Source: Halalkalibacterium halodurans
GTDB taxonomy: Bacteria > Bacillota > Bacilli > Bacillales > Bacillaceae_D
NCBI RefSeq assembly: GCF_004376175.1
Contig: NZ_SNUY01000055.1
Span: forward strand, 1-29,680
Direction of reading: 5' to 3'
DNA length: 29,680 nt
Below are positions 8,686 through 17,362 of this stretch, one piece after another. The position numbers were made by a program, and so were the translations under genes. Positions within the stretch are counted from its first letter, which is position 1. Each line of letters opens with the position of its first letter. The notes beneath the pieces were generated by a model that saw nothing but the letters and a program-made list of their open reading frames with translations, was not told the origin of the DNA and did not search any database.

Positions 8686-9189
8686 TTACACACGAGTGGG
8701 AAAATTATCAGTTTTAGCTTTTAACGGAAAATAAATATCACACTCAGAATGGTCTAATTCCGGACTAAAGCGGTGATCGTCATATCCTTCAAGCCAGTAG
8801 TTATCCGAGTCTTTCTCATATCCCGACTCTTTCAGTGATTTCAGCGCTGCAACCACCGTTTCGCTAAACTTATTTTGTGGCCCTTTATGGGTGAACACTG
8901 CATAGCGGCAGGCCGGCAAAATAATCGTTACCATCCCCTCTGGAATCTTTGTAAAGGAAGAAACTTCAACTGCTGCATAATACGTAAAATCACGCTCTCG
9001 GTCTTGAACGATTCCAAATGATAAATCGTCTTGCACAAGATGATCAATCTCAGACACTCGTTGATTGAACGTTTCCCATAGCATTCCAATCTCATTCATA
9101 CGAGTGTAAGGACCTTCCAACTTAAAACCTATCATTTTTCGTTCATTCTGTTCGACAATCGTAAAAGGCAAAAGCTCATTTGTGTTCAT
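8686..9189 (-). CDS. Stand-alone GyrI-like / AraC-effector-binding-domain protein
   Basis: Shares the pattern LW..F..R..EI...S(F/Y)GI...FTY.A.VEV....IP.G......YA.F.HKG with the C-terminal half of the adjacent AraC regulator. GAGGAGG SD. Confidence 0.7.
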   Translation of the reverse strand: MNTNELLPFTIVEQNERKMIGFKLEGPYTRMNEIGMLWETFNQRVSEIDHLVQDDLSFGIVQDRERDFTYYAAVEVSSFTKIPEGMVTIILPACRYAVFTHKGPQNKFSETVVAALKSLKESGYEKDSDNYWLEGYDDHRFSPELDHSECDIYFPLKAKTDNFPTRV

Positions 9190-9253
9190 TGTAAATGTAA
9201 CCTCCTCTTATCATCTACAATGACTCTACCTCCTTTTTCCTTGTTCGTTTTGA

Positions 9254-10156
9254 TTATTTTTGCGATGATTGCTTGTCCCTCTTTTTGATCGGCGTCCAAA
9301 TTTCAACTACCACTTCGCCATCCTCTTTAGGTTCCCGTTCATCGTACACTTCCATTTCTACGCCAAAATGAGACTGATACGGGCTAGAGGGTAGCCATGA
9401 ACCGTAAATATAATTTGTCAAAGCCGAAAGCTGGTTCGCAGCCCCTTTATAGTGGAAGCTAGCATATGTCCCCCCTTTTATTTCTTTTTGTATAAAACCT
9501 TGTGGAATGTTCACATCGCTGGCCTCGACTTCAACGCAAGCCATATAGGTAAAATGAGACCCATCGCTTGATGGAGAACTAATGCCATAACTGACAAATG
9601 GGTCGACTCTTCGTTCAATTTCATGAATGCGAGCTTCAAATTGATGCCACAAGGTAGGAATAGCCACCAGTGTCGATTGTTCACGGTCAGATCCTCCTGG
9701 TAAACTCAATCCTTCTAGCTGTAACCCCACAACTTGTAAAGGCTGTCGCGTCACAATATAAGGCTTGTGATTACTTGTGGCGTTAACTGGAAACGTCTTC
9801 ACCGCCCAATAAGGGTCGATCAATTGGACGGGCGGACGGGCTTGACGATATTCCCCCGGCAAAACATTAAACCATTGCTTGAACGCACGGGTAAACGCCT
9901 CTTGACTCTCATATCCGTATTCAAATGCGATATCAATGATTGACGCTTTCGTCTCTAGCAAGGCATAGGCCGCCTTTGTTAACCGCCGACGTTTGATATA
10001 CTCGCTCATCGTACAGCCAACAGTTGCCTTAAACAATCGGTGAAAATGAAAATAAGAATAAGATGCATGGGCCGCTACTTTCTCCAACGATATGGGCTCA
10101 TGAAGGTGTGTTTCGATATAGTCAATTGCCCGTTGAACGGATTGTATGTATGACAT
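9254..10156 (-). CDS. AraC-family transcriptional regulator with C-terminal GyrI-like effector domain (Rob/BmrR-effector architecture)
   Basis: N-terminal double HTH (LEKVAAHASYSYFHFHRLFK, IIDIAFEYGYESQEAFTRAFKQWFNVLPGEYR) plus a C-terminal GyrI-like half. Confidence 0.85.
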   Translation of the reverse strand: MSYIQSVQRAIDYIETHLHEPISLEKVAAHASYSYFHFHRLFKATVGCTMSEYIKRRRLTKAAYALLETKASIIDIAFEYGYESQEAFTRAFKQWFNVLPGEYRQARPPVQLIDPYWAVKTFPVNATSNHKPYIVTRQPLQVVGLQLEGLSLPGGSDREQSTLVAIPTLWHQFEARIHEIERRVDPFVSYGISSPSSDGSHFTYMACVEVEASDVNIPQGFIQKEIKGGTYASFHYKGAANQLSALTNYIYGSWLPSSPYQSHFGVEMEVYDEREPKEDGEVVVEIWTPIKKRDKQSSQK

Positions 10157-10306
10157 TTTTCTCCCTCCTTTTTCAGATCATTTTTCAAGAAAACATTAAC
10201 CTTTGCTATTAGCGATAAAACTAGCTGGTGAATAGCCATACTATTAACTAAGTAATAGTTAGTTCTCTTTAATCATGACCCCTTTCTAAAAGTGTTCAAC
10301 ACAAAA

Positions 10307-10340
10307 CCCCTCTCTCCCTCTCATGGAGGGAAGAAAGGGG
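10307..10340 (-). terminator. Intrinsic terminator after the first Opp operon
   Basis: Imperfect GC-rich stem cccctctctccctc/gagggaagaaagggg, followed on the minus strand by TTTTGTGTT. Confidence 0.6.
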
Positions 10341-10354
10341 CCTTATCAAACATG

Positions 10355-12187
10355 TTACTCAGCGACAACTGGTTCTTCTTGCGTAATACCTAATTCATGG
10401 CGATACACACCGTGTCCATCGCCGATCGCCCAATTCACGATCCGTTTGTTCACTGGAACAATCTCAGAACGGTAAAGAGTTGGAATGACAGGGACTTCAT
10501 CGACCATTAGCTGTTGCCACTCTTTGTAAATCTCTTGACGCTTTTCTACGTCAAATGCTTCTTCCGAAAGAGCTTCTTCTAGAAGGCGGTCATTTTCTTC
10601 ACTTGACCAACGAGTGTAGTTAAACGGTGCCCGGCGTCCATAAAGTCCGCTCGGATCGACGTCAATACCGACACCCCAAGCCCCTTGATAAATATCAATG
10701 TCTGGATCATCCTCTTCTACACGATCGTAGAAGGCATTGAACTCATGAAGTCGTCCGTCAAGCAATTGAACTTTCAAGCCGACTTGCTCCCACGCTTGAA
10801 TATAGTATTGTGCTAGTGGTTCAGCAATGTCTCCACCAGACATGGAGGCGAAGTTAATGACAAGCTCATTCCCCTCCAGATCTTCACGGAAGCCATCACC
10901 ATCCACATCTTCATAACCCGCTTCATCTAACAATTGCTTCGCTAACTCCGGATCATATGCGCGACCTGGATTCGTGTCATCGTGAAATTCTGGATGTGAC
11001 GGCGGAATTAATGTCGTTCCGGCCCAACGTAAGCCATGATAGAAACGCTCACCTACCGCATCGTTGTCGATCGCATGCCACATCGCACGACGTAAGTTTA
11101 CGTCCGCCATTTTTGCATCTGGATCTGTCTTCACTTCACCGTCTTCCCACGTTCCAAGCTTAAAGCCAATGTACGTATACGCACGATCCACCACTCCGAG
11201 CCAATCTAAGTTCGACGTGTCGGCATTGTCTGGGAACTGATCGGCTGGGAAGCTATGAACGAGATCAATTTCCCCACTACGTAGTGATTGCATGACAACG
11301 TTCGGGCTCACCACTTTTAAGACAACTTCATCAAGATTTGGTTCCCCGCGCCAGTAATCTTCATTTTTCGAATAAACGACAGACTCTCCTGGGACAACAT
11401 TTTCTACTTTAAATGGACCAAAACCAATTGGATTTTGGCGTACCTCTGGAGAAGAAGAAATGTCTTCAATGTCCATATCACCAAAAATATGCTTTGCTAA
11501 TGGATAGTACCAAACACCTCCGGTCATGAGGGAAGGAGTCGCTTTTTTGTACGTAATTTTCAACGTTTTTTCGTCAACCACTTCAATCCCGGAAATATGA
11601 TCGGCTTCACCGTTGTGATACTCTTCGATTCCTTCTACGTTGCGAAGTGTATCATCAAAGCGGATACCATCATAGTTCGGGTGGCCGATGACTTCGTGAG
11701 CAAACGCCCAGTCTTCCGCCGTTACCGGCTCACCATCATGCCAGTTGACGTTATCACGAATCGTGAACGTAAACGTACGGCCGTCCTCGGAAATCTCATA
11801 GGTCGCTGCACCATCCTGAGTCATAACATAGTTTTCATCCCAATCGATTAACGCATCATCAAACCATTGCAAAACTTGAGCATCAGGATTGGATTGATAG
11901 AAGTTCCAGTTTAAAATTCCTTCGAATGGAGAATCTAACACGAGGCCGAATGTGATCGAGCCCCCATCTAAAATCTCTTCACCATCTGCCATTTTTACAT
12001 TCGTAAAATCATCAATCGAATAGAGTCCGTCTTCACTACCTGCTGCTTCTCCATCTTCTGTTTCCACATCTTCTGTTTCACCATCTGCATCTGGCTCAGT
12101 CGTAGCATCATCGCTACTGCAAGCCGCCACGAGCGCTAGTAGAAATACGAGAAGCATTGCTAGTAGCGCTTTAGGAAATTTCCCCAT
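10355..12187 (-). CDS. Peptide/nickel-family (family 5) ABC substrate-binding lipoprotein
   Basis: Signal peptide with lipobox LVAAC, then an acidic linker. Family-5 SBP-like body (opp/dpp type). Strong SD AAAGGGAGG. Confidence 0.88.
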   Translation of the reverse strand: MGKFPKALLAMLLVFLLALVAACSSDDATTEPDADGETEDVETEDGEAAGSEDGLYSIDDFTNVKMADGEEILDGGSITFGLVLDSPFEGILNWNFYQSNPDAQVLQWFDDALIDWDENYVMTQDGAATYEISEDGRTFTFTIRDNVNWHDGEPVTAEDWAFAHEVIGHPNYDGIRFDDTLRNVEGIEEYHNGEADHISGIEVVDEKTLKITYKKATPSLMTGGVWYYPLAKHIFGDMDIEDISSSPEVRQNPIGFGPFKVENVVPGESVVYSKNEDYWRGEPNLDEVVLKVVSPNVVMQSLRSGEIDLVHSFPADQFPDNADTSNLDWLGVVDRAYTYIGFKLGTWEDGEVKTDPDAKMADVNLRRAMWHAIDNDAVGERFYHGLRWAGTTLIPPSHPEFHDDTNPGRAYDPELAKQLLDEAGYEDVDGDGFREDLEGNELVINFASMSGGDIAEPLAQYYIQAWEQVGLKVQLLDGRLHEFNAFYDRVEEDDPDIDIYQGAWGVGIDVDPSGLYGRRAPFNYTRWSSEENDRLLEEALSEEAFDVEKRQEIYKEWQQLMVDEVPVIPTLYRSEIVPVNKRIVNWAIGDGHGVYRHELGITQEEPVVAE

Positions 12188-12205
12188 CAGTATTACCTCC
12201 CTTTT

Positions 12206-13114
12206 TTATCCTCGTCTTTGTCTTGCGTCTGTCGCACGCTTAAGCGCTTGACCGACATTATTTATACTCAACATCAATACAAAAATGAGTATTGCTGCTG
12301 GTAACCAAATCCACCATCGATGCTCTAACGTTTGTGGGTTCGTCGCATAGCTGATCAACGTCCCTAAGCTTGGTGTGCTTTCAGGAAACCCGAACCCTAA
12401 AAATGAGAGACCTGATTCAATCCCAATGTTGGCTGCCAAATTAAGCGTCATCGTCACGATGATTAATGAACTTAAATTAGGTAACACTTGGGTAAACATA
12501 ATTTTCAAATCAGATGACCCTAACGTTTTCGAAGCTTGGACGTAATCGAGTTCCCGCTCTCTCAGTGCCTTTGAGCGGATCATCCTCGCAATCCCCATCC
12601 AGAGAAACAACGTCATGATCAACGAGAAGGATACAATGCTATATTTCGGCACGAGAGCAACGAATACGATAATAATCATTAAGTTTGGCAAAATCATAAA
12701 GAAGTCAACCGCACGCATAAAAATGTTATCGATCGTTCCCCCGTAATAACCTGAAATAAGACCGATTAAGATGCCAATCGTTCCGCTCATCAATGTGACA
12801 AGAAGACCGATTGTGATCGAATTTCGCGTTCCAATAATTAATTGACCGAACACATCACGACCCCCATAATCTGTCCCGAGCCAAAAATCTGAGGAAGGCG
12901 ACTGATGGATCGCAAATAAATCAACCTTAACAATTTCGTCTTGATCAAGAAAGATGGAAATGCCGTACACAAAAGCCATAATTAACCCAAGAAAGATGAG
13001 CGACCCTAATGCCACTTTATCCCGGACTAATTCCCGCCAAAGAATCGATAAGCCAGATGGGCTCTTTTCATAAGTTGGTTGTTGTTGCACGCCTTGTTCT
13101 GGTACATTTTGCAC
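12206..13114 (-). CDS. Opp/Dpp-type ABC permease (OppC-like)
   Basis: Multi-TM protein with N-terminal OppC-type region (SILWRELVRDKVALGSL), WLGTD..GRD motif and EAA-like loop. GTG start with GAGGTGA SD. Confidence 0.88.
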   Translation of the reverse strand: MQNVPEQGVQQQPTYEKSPSGLSILWRELVRDKVALGSLIFLGLIMAFVYGISIFLDQDEIVKVDLFAIHQSPSSDFWLGTDYGGRDVFGQLIIGTRNSITIGLLVTLMSGTIGILIGLISGYYGGTIDNIFMRAVDFFMILPNLMIIIVFVALVPKYSIVSFSLIMTLFLWMGIARMIRSKALRERELDYVQASKTLGSSDLKIMFTQVLPNLSSLIIVTMTLNLAANIGIESGLSFLGFGFPESTPSLGTLISYATNPQTLEHRWWIWLPAAILIFVLMLSINNVGQALKRATDARQRRG

Positions 13115-13136
13115 AGTTGTTCACCTCATTTCTGCC

Positions 13137-14105
13137 CTATTTGATCTTAATCCGTGGATCGACAATGCTTAGGATAATGTCAGATAAGAGCGCACCAAGA
13201 ATTGAGGCCACCCCGAACAAGAGCACCATCGTCGTCACGACACTGTAATCACGCTGCATAATCGAAGACAAAAATAGCTGTCCCATCCCTGGATAACTGA
13301 AAATCATCTCTACAAAGATCGTTCCGCCAATTAACCCTGTCAGCTCATAGCCGAAAAACGCTGCGATCGGTAATAGCGAGTTTCGCGGCAAATGCTTCAA
13401 GTAAATACGCCGCTCTGACGCTCCTCTTGCTCTAGCCGTTCGAACGTAATCACTCTGCTTTTGGTCAATTAATTCGCTGCGCAAATATTGGACCGTAGAT
13501 ACGGTTGTAATGATGGCAAGAGAAAAGGCAGGCAGCAGCATATGATTGATTTTACTTAACACATAACCAAACGTTCCCGGCTGTGCGTGTGGACTAACTG
13601 AACCACCAGTCGGAAACCAACCGAGCTGAAATCCGAAAAGAAATAGCATTAATAATGATGTAATAAAAACGGGCGCAGCAAACCCGACGTATGTATATCC
13701 CGTAATGGCACGATCCAACAGTGTATCGTTATACCGTCCACTTAAAAGCCCAAGCGGGATCGCGATCATATACGTCATAATCAACGTTAATAATGAGAGC
13801 CAAAACGTATTCCATATTCGGTTATCAATGACCTCTGTCACCGGAATCCGCTGCTGATACGAGTCACCAAAGTCTCCTTGCAGTGCATTTCCTACCCAAC
13901 GTACGTATTGCACATACCACGGGTCATTCAACCCATACCGCTCCCGCTGGGCATCGATGACTTCTTGACTAATATTCGGATTCGATTGATAAAAACCAGT
14001 TAACGGATCCCCCGGCATCGCTTGTGCGATCATAAACACAATGACGCTGAGCAAAAACAACTGGGGAATCATGATAAAACATCTTCGAATAATTAATTTC
14101 CACAT
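13137..14105 (-). CDS. Opp/Dpp-type ABC permease (OppB-like)
   Basis: IIRR....IPQLF..S...F......PGDP N-terminus, YVRTARA.G EAA loop and DPRIK C-terminus, typical of OppB/DppB. Confidence 0.88.
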   Translation of the reverse strand: MWKLIIRRCFIMIPQLFLLSVIVFMIAQAMPGDPLTGFYQSNPNISQEVIDAQRERYGLNDPWYVQYVRWVGNALQGDFGDSYQQRIPVTEVIDNRIWNTFWLSLLTLIMTYMIAIPLGLLSGRYNDTLLDRAITGYTYVGFAAPVFITSLLMLFLFGFQLGWFPTGGSVSPHAQPGTFGYVLSKINHMLLPAFSLAIITTVSTVQYLRSELIDQKQSDYVRTARARGASERRIYLKHLPRNSLLPIAAFFGYELTGLIGGTIFVEMIFSYPGMGQLFLSSIMQRDYSVVTTMVLLFGVASILGALLSDIILSIVDPRIKIK

Positions 14106-14120
14106 GTCTCTTCAACCTTT

Positions 14121-15047
14121 CTAAGGTAGGGCCACCTTGTGTGTATCGGAAATTGGCTTTAAGGCATATGCAAGACCTTCATCATCAAAATAGTTAGAGG
14201 CGTTCGACTGGAACTCTTCCTTAACCTCTGCCCGAAGCTGTGTGTGCTTATCGCGGTTTTTTGGATCCATGTCTGGAATGGCTGCGATCAACCGCTTCGT
14301 ATAAATGTGTTGCGGTGATTCATAAATATCGTCTCGTACGCCCTCCTCTACAAGGCGTCCTCGATACATAATCCCAATGCGATCACACATATGGCGGATG
14401 ATGCCTAGATCATGGCTGATAAACAAGTACGTTAAATTAAACTCTTTCTGAATGTCCTTCATAAAGTTCAGAACCTGTGCTTGAACAGAAACATCAAGGG
14501 CTGACACAGGTTCATCAGCAATAATGAGCTTCGGCTTTAACGCAATCGCCCGCGCAATTCCAATTCTTTGCCTCTGTCCCCCGGAAAACTCATGCGGGTA
14601 CTTGAAGATGCTTTCTCGGCTCAGGCCGACAATTTCCAGCAATTCTTCGACTCTTTTACGCTCCTCAAGTTTTGATAGTTTCTCAAAATTCCGGAGCGGC
14701 TCTGCGATAATATCGAGTACTCTCTTTTTTGGATTAAGTGAAGAATACGGATCTTGAAAAATCATTTGTATGTTGCGGCGAATGTCATTTTTCTTCTTTT
14801 TTAGCTGCTTCGTTATATCCTGGCCATCAAATAAAATGTGACCAGCCGTCAATTTATTCAGCCCAATGATCGCACGCCCCGTTGTCGTCTTCCCCGATCC
14901 CGACTCTCCTACTAAACCATAAGTCTGTCCTTCCTCTAACTCTAGAGAAACACCATCAACCGCTTTGTTGTAACCAACCGTATGCGGAATGACGCCTCCT
15001 TTGATCGGGAAGTGAACTTTTAAGTCTTCTACTTTAAGAAACCCCAT
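14121..15047 (-). CDS. Opp/Dpp-type ABC ATPase (OppF-like)
   Basis: Walker A GESGSGKTT, signature FSGGQRQR, Walker B LIIADEPVSALD. The ATG overlaps the upstream ATPase gene by 14 nt. Confidence 0.9.
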   Translation of the reverse strand: MGFLKVEDLKVHFPIKGGVIPHTVGYNKAVDGVSLELEEGQTYGLVGESGSGKTTTGRAIIGLNKLTAGHILFDGQDITKQLKKKKNDIRRNIQMIFQDPYSSLNPKKRVLDIIAEPLRNFEKLSKLEERKRVEELLEIVGLSRESIFKYPHEFSGGQRQRIGIARAIALKPKLIIADEPVSALDVSVQAQVLNFMKDIQKEFNLTYLFISHDLGIIRHMCDRIGIMYRGRLVEEGVRDDIYESPQHIYTKRLIAAIPDMDPKNRDKHTQLRAEVKEEFQSNASNYFDDEGLAYALKPISDTHKVALP

Positions 15048-16065
15048 TTACTTCCACCCCCTCTTCTGCCTTTGGGAAGTAAAAATGCTTATAACATGTA
15101 CAACGAACGAAATGGCCTGGCTCAACTTCATGAAGCTCCGGATGATCCTCATGTACTGATTCACTTAGCCATGGAATTCGATCCTTAAAGCGGCAGCCTT
15201 TTCGCGGCAAGTTTTGCAAAGCTGGTACGATCCCTTGAATAACGTGAAGCTTTTCTTGATCGTTTGATTCTGATGGTACTGAATATAACAACGATCGTGT
15301 ATACGGATGCAGCGGACGCTCGAACAGCGTGAAAACATCTGCAATTTCAACAATTTGACCCGCATACATGACTGCGACCCGATCCGCCATCTCGGCCACC
15401 ACACCGAGGTCATGCGTAATTAAAATAATTCCAGCATGTATCTTTTCTTTCAAATCACGGATCAAGTCTAAAATCTGCGCCTGAATCGTGACATCCAATG
15501 CCGTTGTTGGTTCGTCGGCAATCAAAAATTCGGGCTCGCATGCAATCGCAGCAGCGATCATGACACGTTGTCGCATCCCTCCTGAAAGCTCATGGGGATA
15601 TTGTTCATAAGTTGATTCAGGTCTAGGGATACCAACAAGATTTAATAGGTCAATGACTTTTTTCTTCCGTTCCGCTTTCGTAAGCGACCGATGAAGCAAA
15701 AGCGCCTCACCGATTTGCTCCCCAATAATCATCAGTGGGTTTAGAGCGGTAAGAGGATCTTGGAAAATCATGCTCAGTTTGTCGCCACGAATTTTATTCA
15801 ACTTAGAAACCGGTAGTTTGACGAGGTTTTCACCTTTAAAGTTAATTTCGCCTTCAATTTTTGTTCGTTCAGGGTTATGTAAGCCCATGATCGTATTTGC
15901 TAACGCACTTTTTCCCGAACCTGATTCCCCAACAATCGCCAAGACTTCATTTTTATTCACATTTAATGTGACGTTATCAACCGCTGCATAAAAGTCATCT
16001 TTAATTTGAAACGCAGTGGTTAAGTTGCGGATTTGCAACAATGCTTTTTTGCTCAACGTTCTCAC
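15034..16065 (-). CDS. Opp/Dpp-type ABC ATPase (OppD-like)
   Basis: Walker A GESGSGKS, signature LSGGMRQR, Walker [12 protein letters not shown], and a C-terminal oligopeptide-ATPase domain. Start uncertain: GTG at 16065 or TTG at 16056. Confidence 0.9.
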   Translation of the reverse strand: MRTLSKKALLQIRNLTTAFQIKDDFYAAVDNVTLNVNKNEVLAIVGESGSGKSALANTIMGLHNPERTKIEGEINFKGENLVKLPVSKLNKIRGDKLSMIFQDPLTALNPLMIIGEQIGEALLLHRSLTKAERKKKVIDLLNLVGIPRPESTYEQYPHELSGGMRQRVMIAAAIACEPEFLIADEPTTALDVTIQAQILDLIRDLKEKIHAGIILITHDLGVVAEMADRVAVMYAGQIVEIADVFTLFERPLHPYTRSLLYSVPSESNDQEKLHVIQGIVPALQNLPRKGCRFKDRIPWLSESVHEDHPELHEVEPGHFVRCTCYKHFYFPKAEEGVEVNGVS

Positions 16066-16237
16066 CCTGCTTTTTTAAAAGTAGTAAAAATGTTAAACGG
16101 TATTTATGTTTTTCTTTATCTCAATACGTTAACTTCGCTACGAGATTCGTTATTTCCTACGAGACCTTTTTCGCGATTTCGACTTCTTTTGCGCGATGGC
16201 TTTAAAGCCTTATCGGATTAGATCTTGCCACTGCCCA

Positions 16238-16696
16238 CTATTCTTGGTTGTTAATATACGAGAAGGAATCCTTGTACTGTTTTAGTTCAATGCTCACATC
16301 GGCAGCAAGAATTCCATCAATTTTCGATAATTCTTTGTTAACAAAGTTGACTAAATCTTCGTTATTTTTAAAATATGCTTGTAAAATAAGATCATGGCGA
16401 CCGGAAAAGGCACCGACAAACCGTACTTCAGGATATTCGTTTAACTTCGTTGCAATTGTCTCTTGTTTTCCTAATTGTGTTTTTATCCCGATAATCGCCT
16501 GCACGTTTAAGCCGATTTTGTTTGGATCCATATGAATGATGAACTCAAATACTCTTTCTTTAAGCATTCGATTAATTCGCGTCCGAACTGTCCCTTCACT
16601 AACATTGATCCTCTTAGCAATATCTGTATACGAACGTTTTCCGTTGTCTTGAAGAAGCTGTAAAATTGACATATCCACATCATCAAGTTTAACCAT
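16238..16696 (-). CDS. Lrp/AsnC-family transcriptional regulator
   Basis: LDDVDMSILQLLQDNGKRSYTDIAKRINVSEGTVRTRINRM HTH plus a C-terminal RAM/AsnC_trans_reg domain. The second ATG (16696) has better SD spacing (AAGGGGA + 6 nt) than the ORF-track start at 16702. Confidence 0.88.
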   Translation of the reverse strand: MVKLDDVDMSILQLLQDNGKRSYTDIAKRINVSEGTVRTRINRMLKERVFEFIIHMDPNKIGLNVQAIIGIKTQLGKQETIATKLNEYPEVRFVGAFSGRHDLILQAYFKNNEDLVNFVNKELSKIDGILAADVSIELKQYKDSFSYINNQE

Positions 16697-16903
16697 CTGC
16701 ATTCCCCTTGTTTTGTAGAATCAACTAGGATATTTAATTTTTTTGACGTTTTAGCGTCATTTTCACATTATTTTTTGTAAAATTCGTAAATTGTTATCGC
16801 TATTATAAGCCATCCATTTTCCGATTTCAATATTCTTTCTTTTTAAAATAATTTTTCTTTGCTAAATTATCTCACATGTACAACCCAATAGTAAAGCGCT
16901 TAC

Positions 16904-16931
16904 ATTGTAGAATAAGGTCATATCATGTCAA
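16904..16931 (-). promoter_or_regulatory. Near-consensus sigma-A-type promoter facing the Lrp/Opp unit
   Basis: On the minus strand: TTGACA (16931-16926), 16-nt spacer, TACAAT (16909-16904). It would give a leader of about 190 nt before the lrp start. Confidence 0.45.
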
Positions 16932-16967
16932 AACCAACTTATTTTCGTTTAAATTGATTCATTTTTT

Positions 16968-16991
16968 TACGAAATAATTAATTATTTCGTA
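16968..16991. promoter_or_regulatory. 24-bp perfect palindrome TACGAAATAATTAATTATTTCGTA (candidate operator)
   Basis: Read directly from the sequence. Its centre lies about 50 bp upstream of the -35 of the promoter above. There is no T-run following it in either orientation, so it does not behave as a terminator. Confidence 0.4.
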
Positions 16992-17320
16992 TTACAATCA
17001 ATTGATCATGTTAGAAAAAATACTTTTCTACTATACTTCTTTACCTCTTTGATGAGATGAAGTTTTTTTTTAAAACAATCCCAAACTTCAACTAAGTCCT
17101 TAGGTCATATATTTAGGAACAAAAATGGAAGGATCAGAGAAACGTCTCTTTTTCATTCCGCTACATAATCCCCCACCACCCCATAGTCCTATTCCCTTCA
17201 TATGTAGAAAGTCTATTTCTTTTACCTTTCATCTCCCCCAAAAACAAGTAGACTTGCCGTTTAACAAGTGTAAATTCCCATTTTCGTTCCATCTCGTTAT
17301 TCTGTCCTAACAGGAAAATG

Positions 17321-17356
17321 AAACAAAAAGCCGTACCGAAGCGCGTTCGATACGAC
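17321..17356 (-). terminator. Intrinsic terminator after the second Opp/Dpp operon
   Basis: On the minus-strand RNA: gucguaucgaa-cgcgc-uucgguacggc (11 bp, two G-U pairs), followed by UUUUUGUUU. Confidence 0.7.
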
Positions 17357-17362
17357 TATAAG

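Noticed and set aside
10303-10320. Shared aaaacccctctct string in the terminators at about 10303 and about 27231, considered as a possible dispersed repeat
   Set aside because: The match is only about 14 nt, lies within GC-rich terminator stems, and the remainder diverges. It is most likely coincidence.
16066-16237. Riboswitch, T-box or attenuator in the leaders of the two peptide-transporter operons (also 23043-23120)
   Set aside because: There is no T-box consensus, no specifier/antiterminator arrangement, and no recognisable riboswitch core. Only short repeats are present, and these are reported separately.
17125-17310. 61-aa plus-strand ORF (Pro-rich) and an overlapping 43-aa minus-strand ORF (17161-17292, MERKWEFTLVKRQ...) in the AT-rich spacer
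   Set aside because: Neither has a properly spaced SD. They overlap each other on opposite strands and have no recognisable motif, signal peptide or TM segment. I treat them as non-coding unless ribosome profiling says otherwise.
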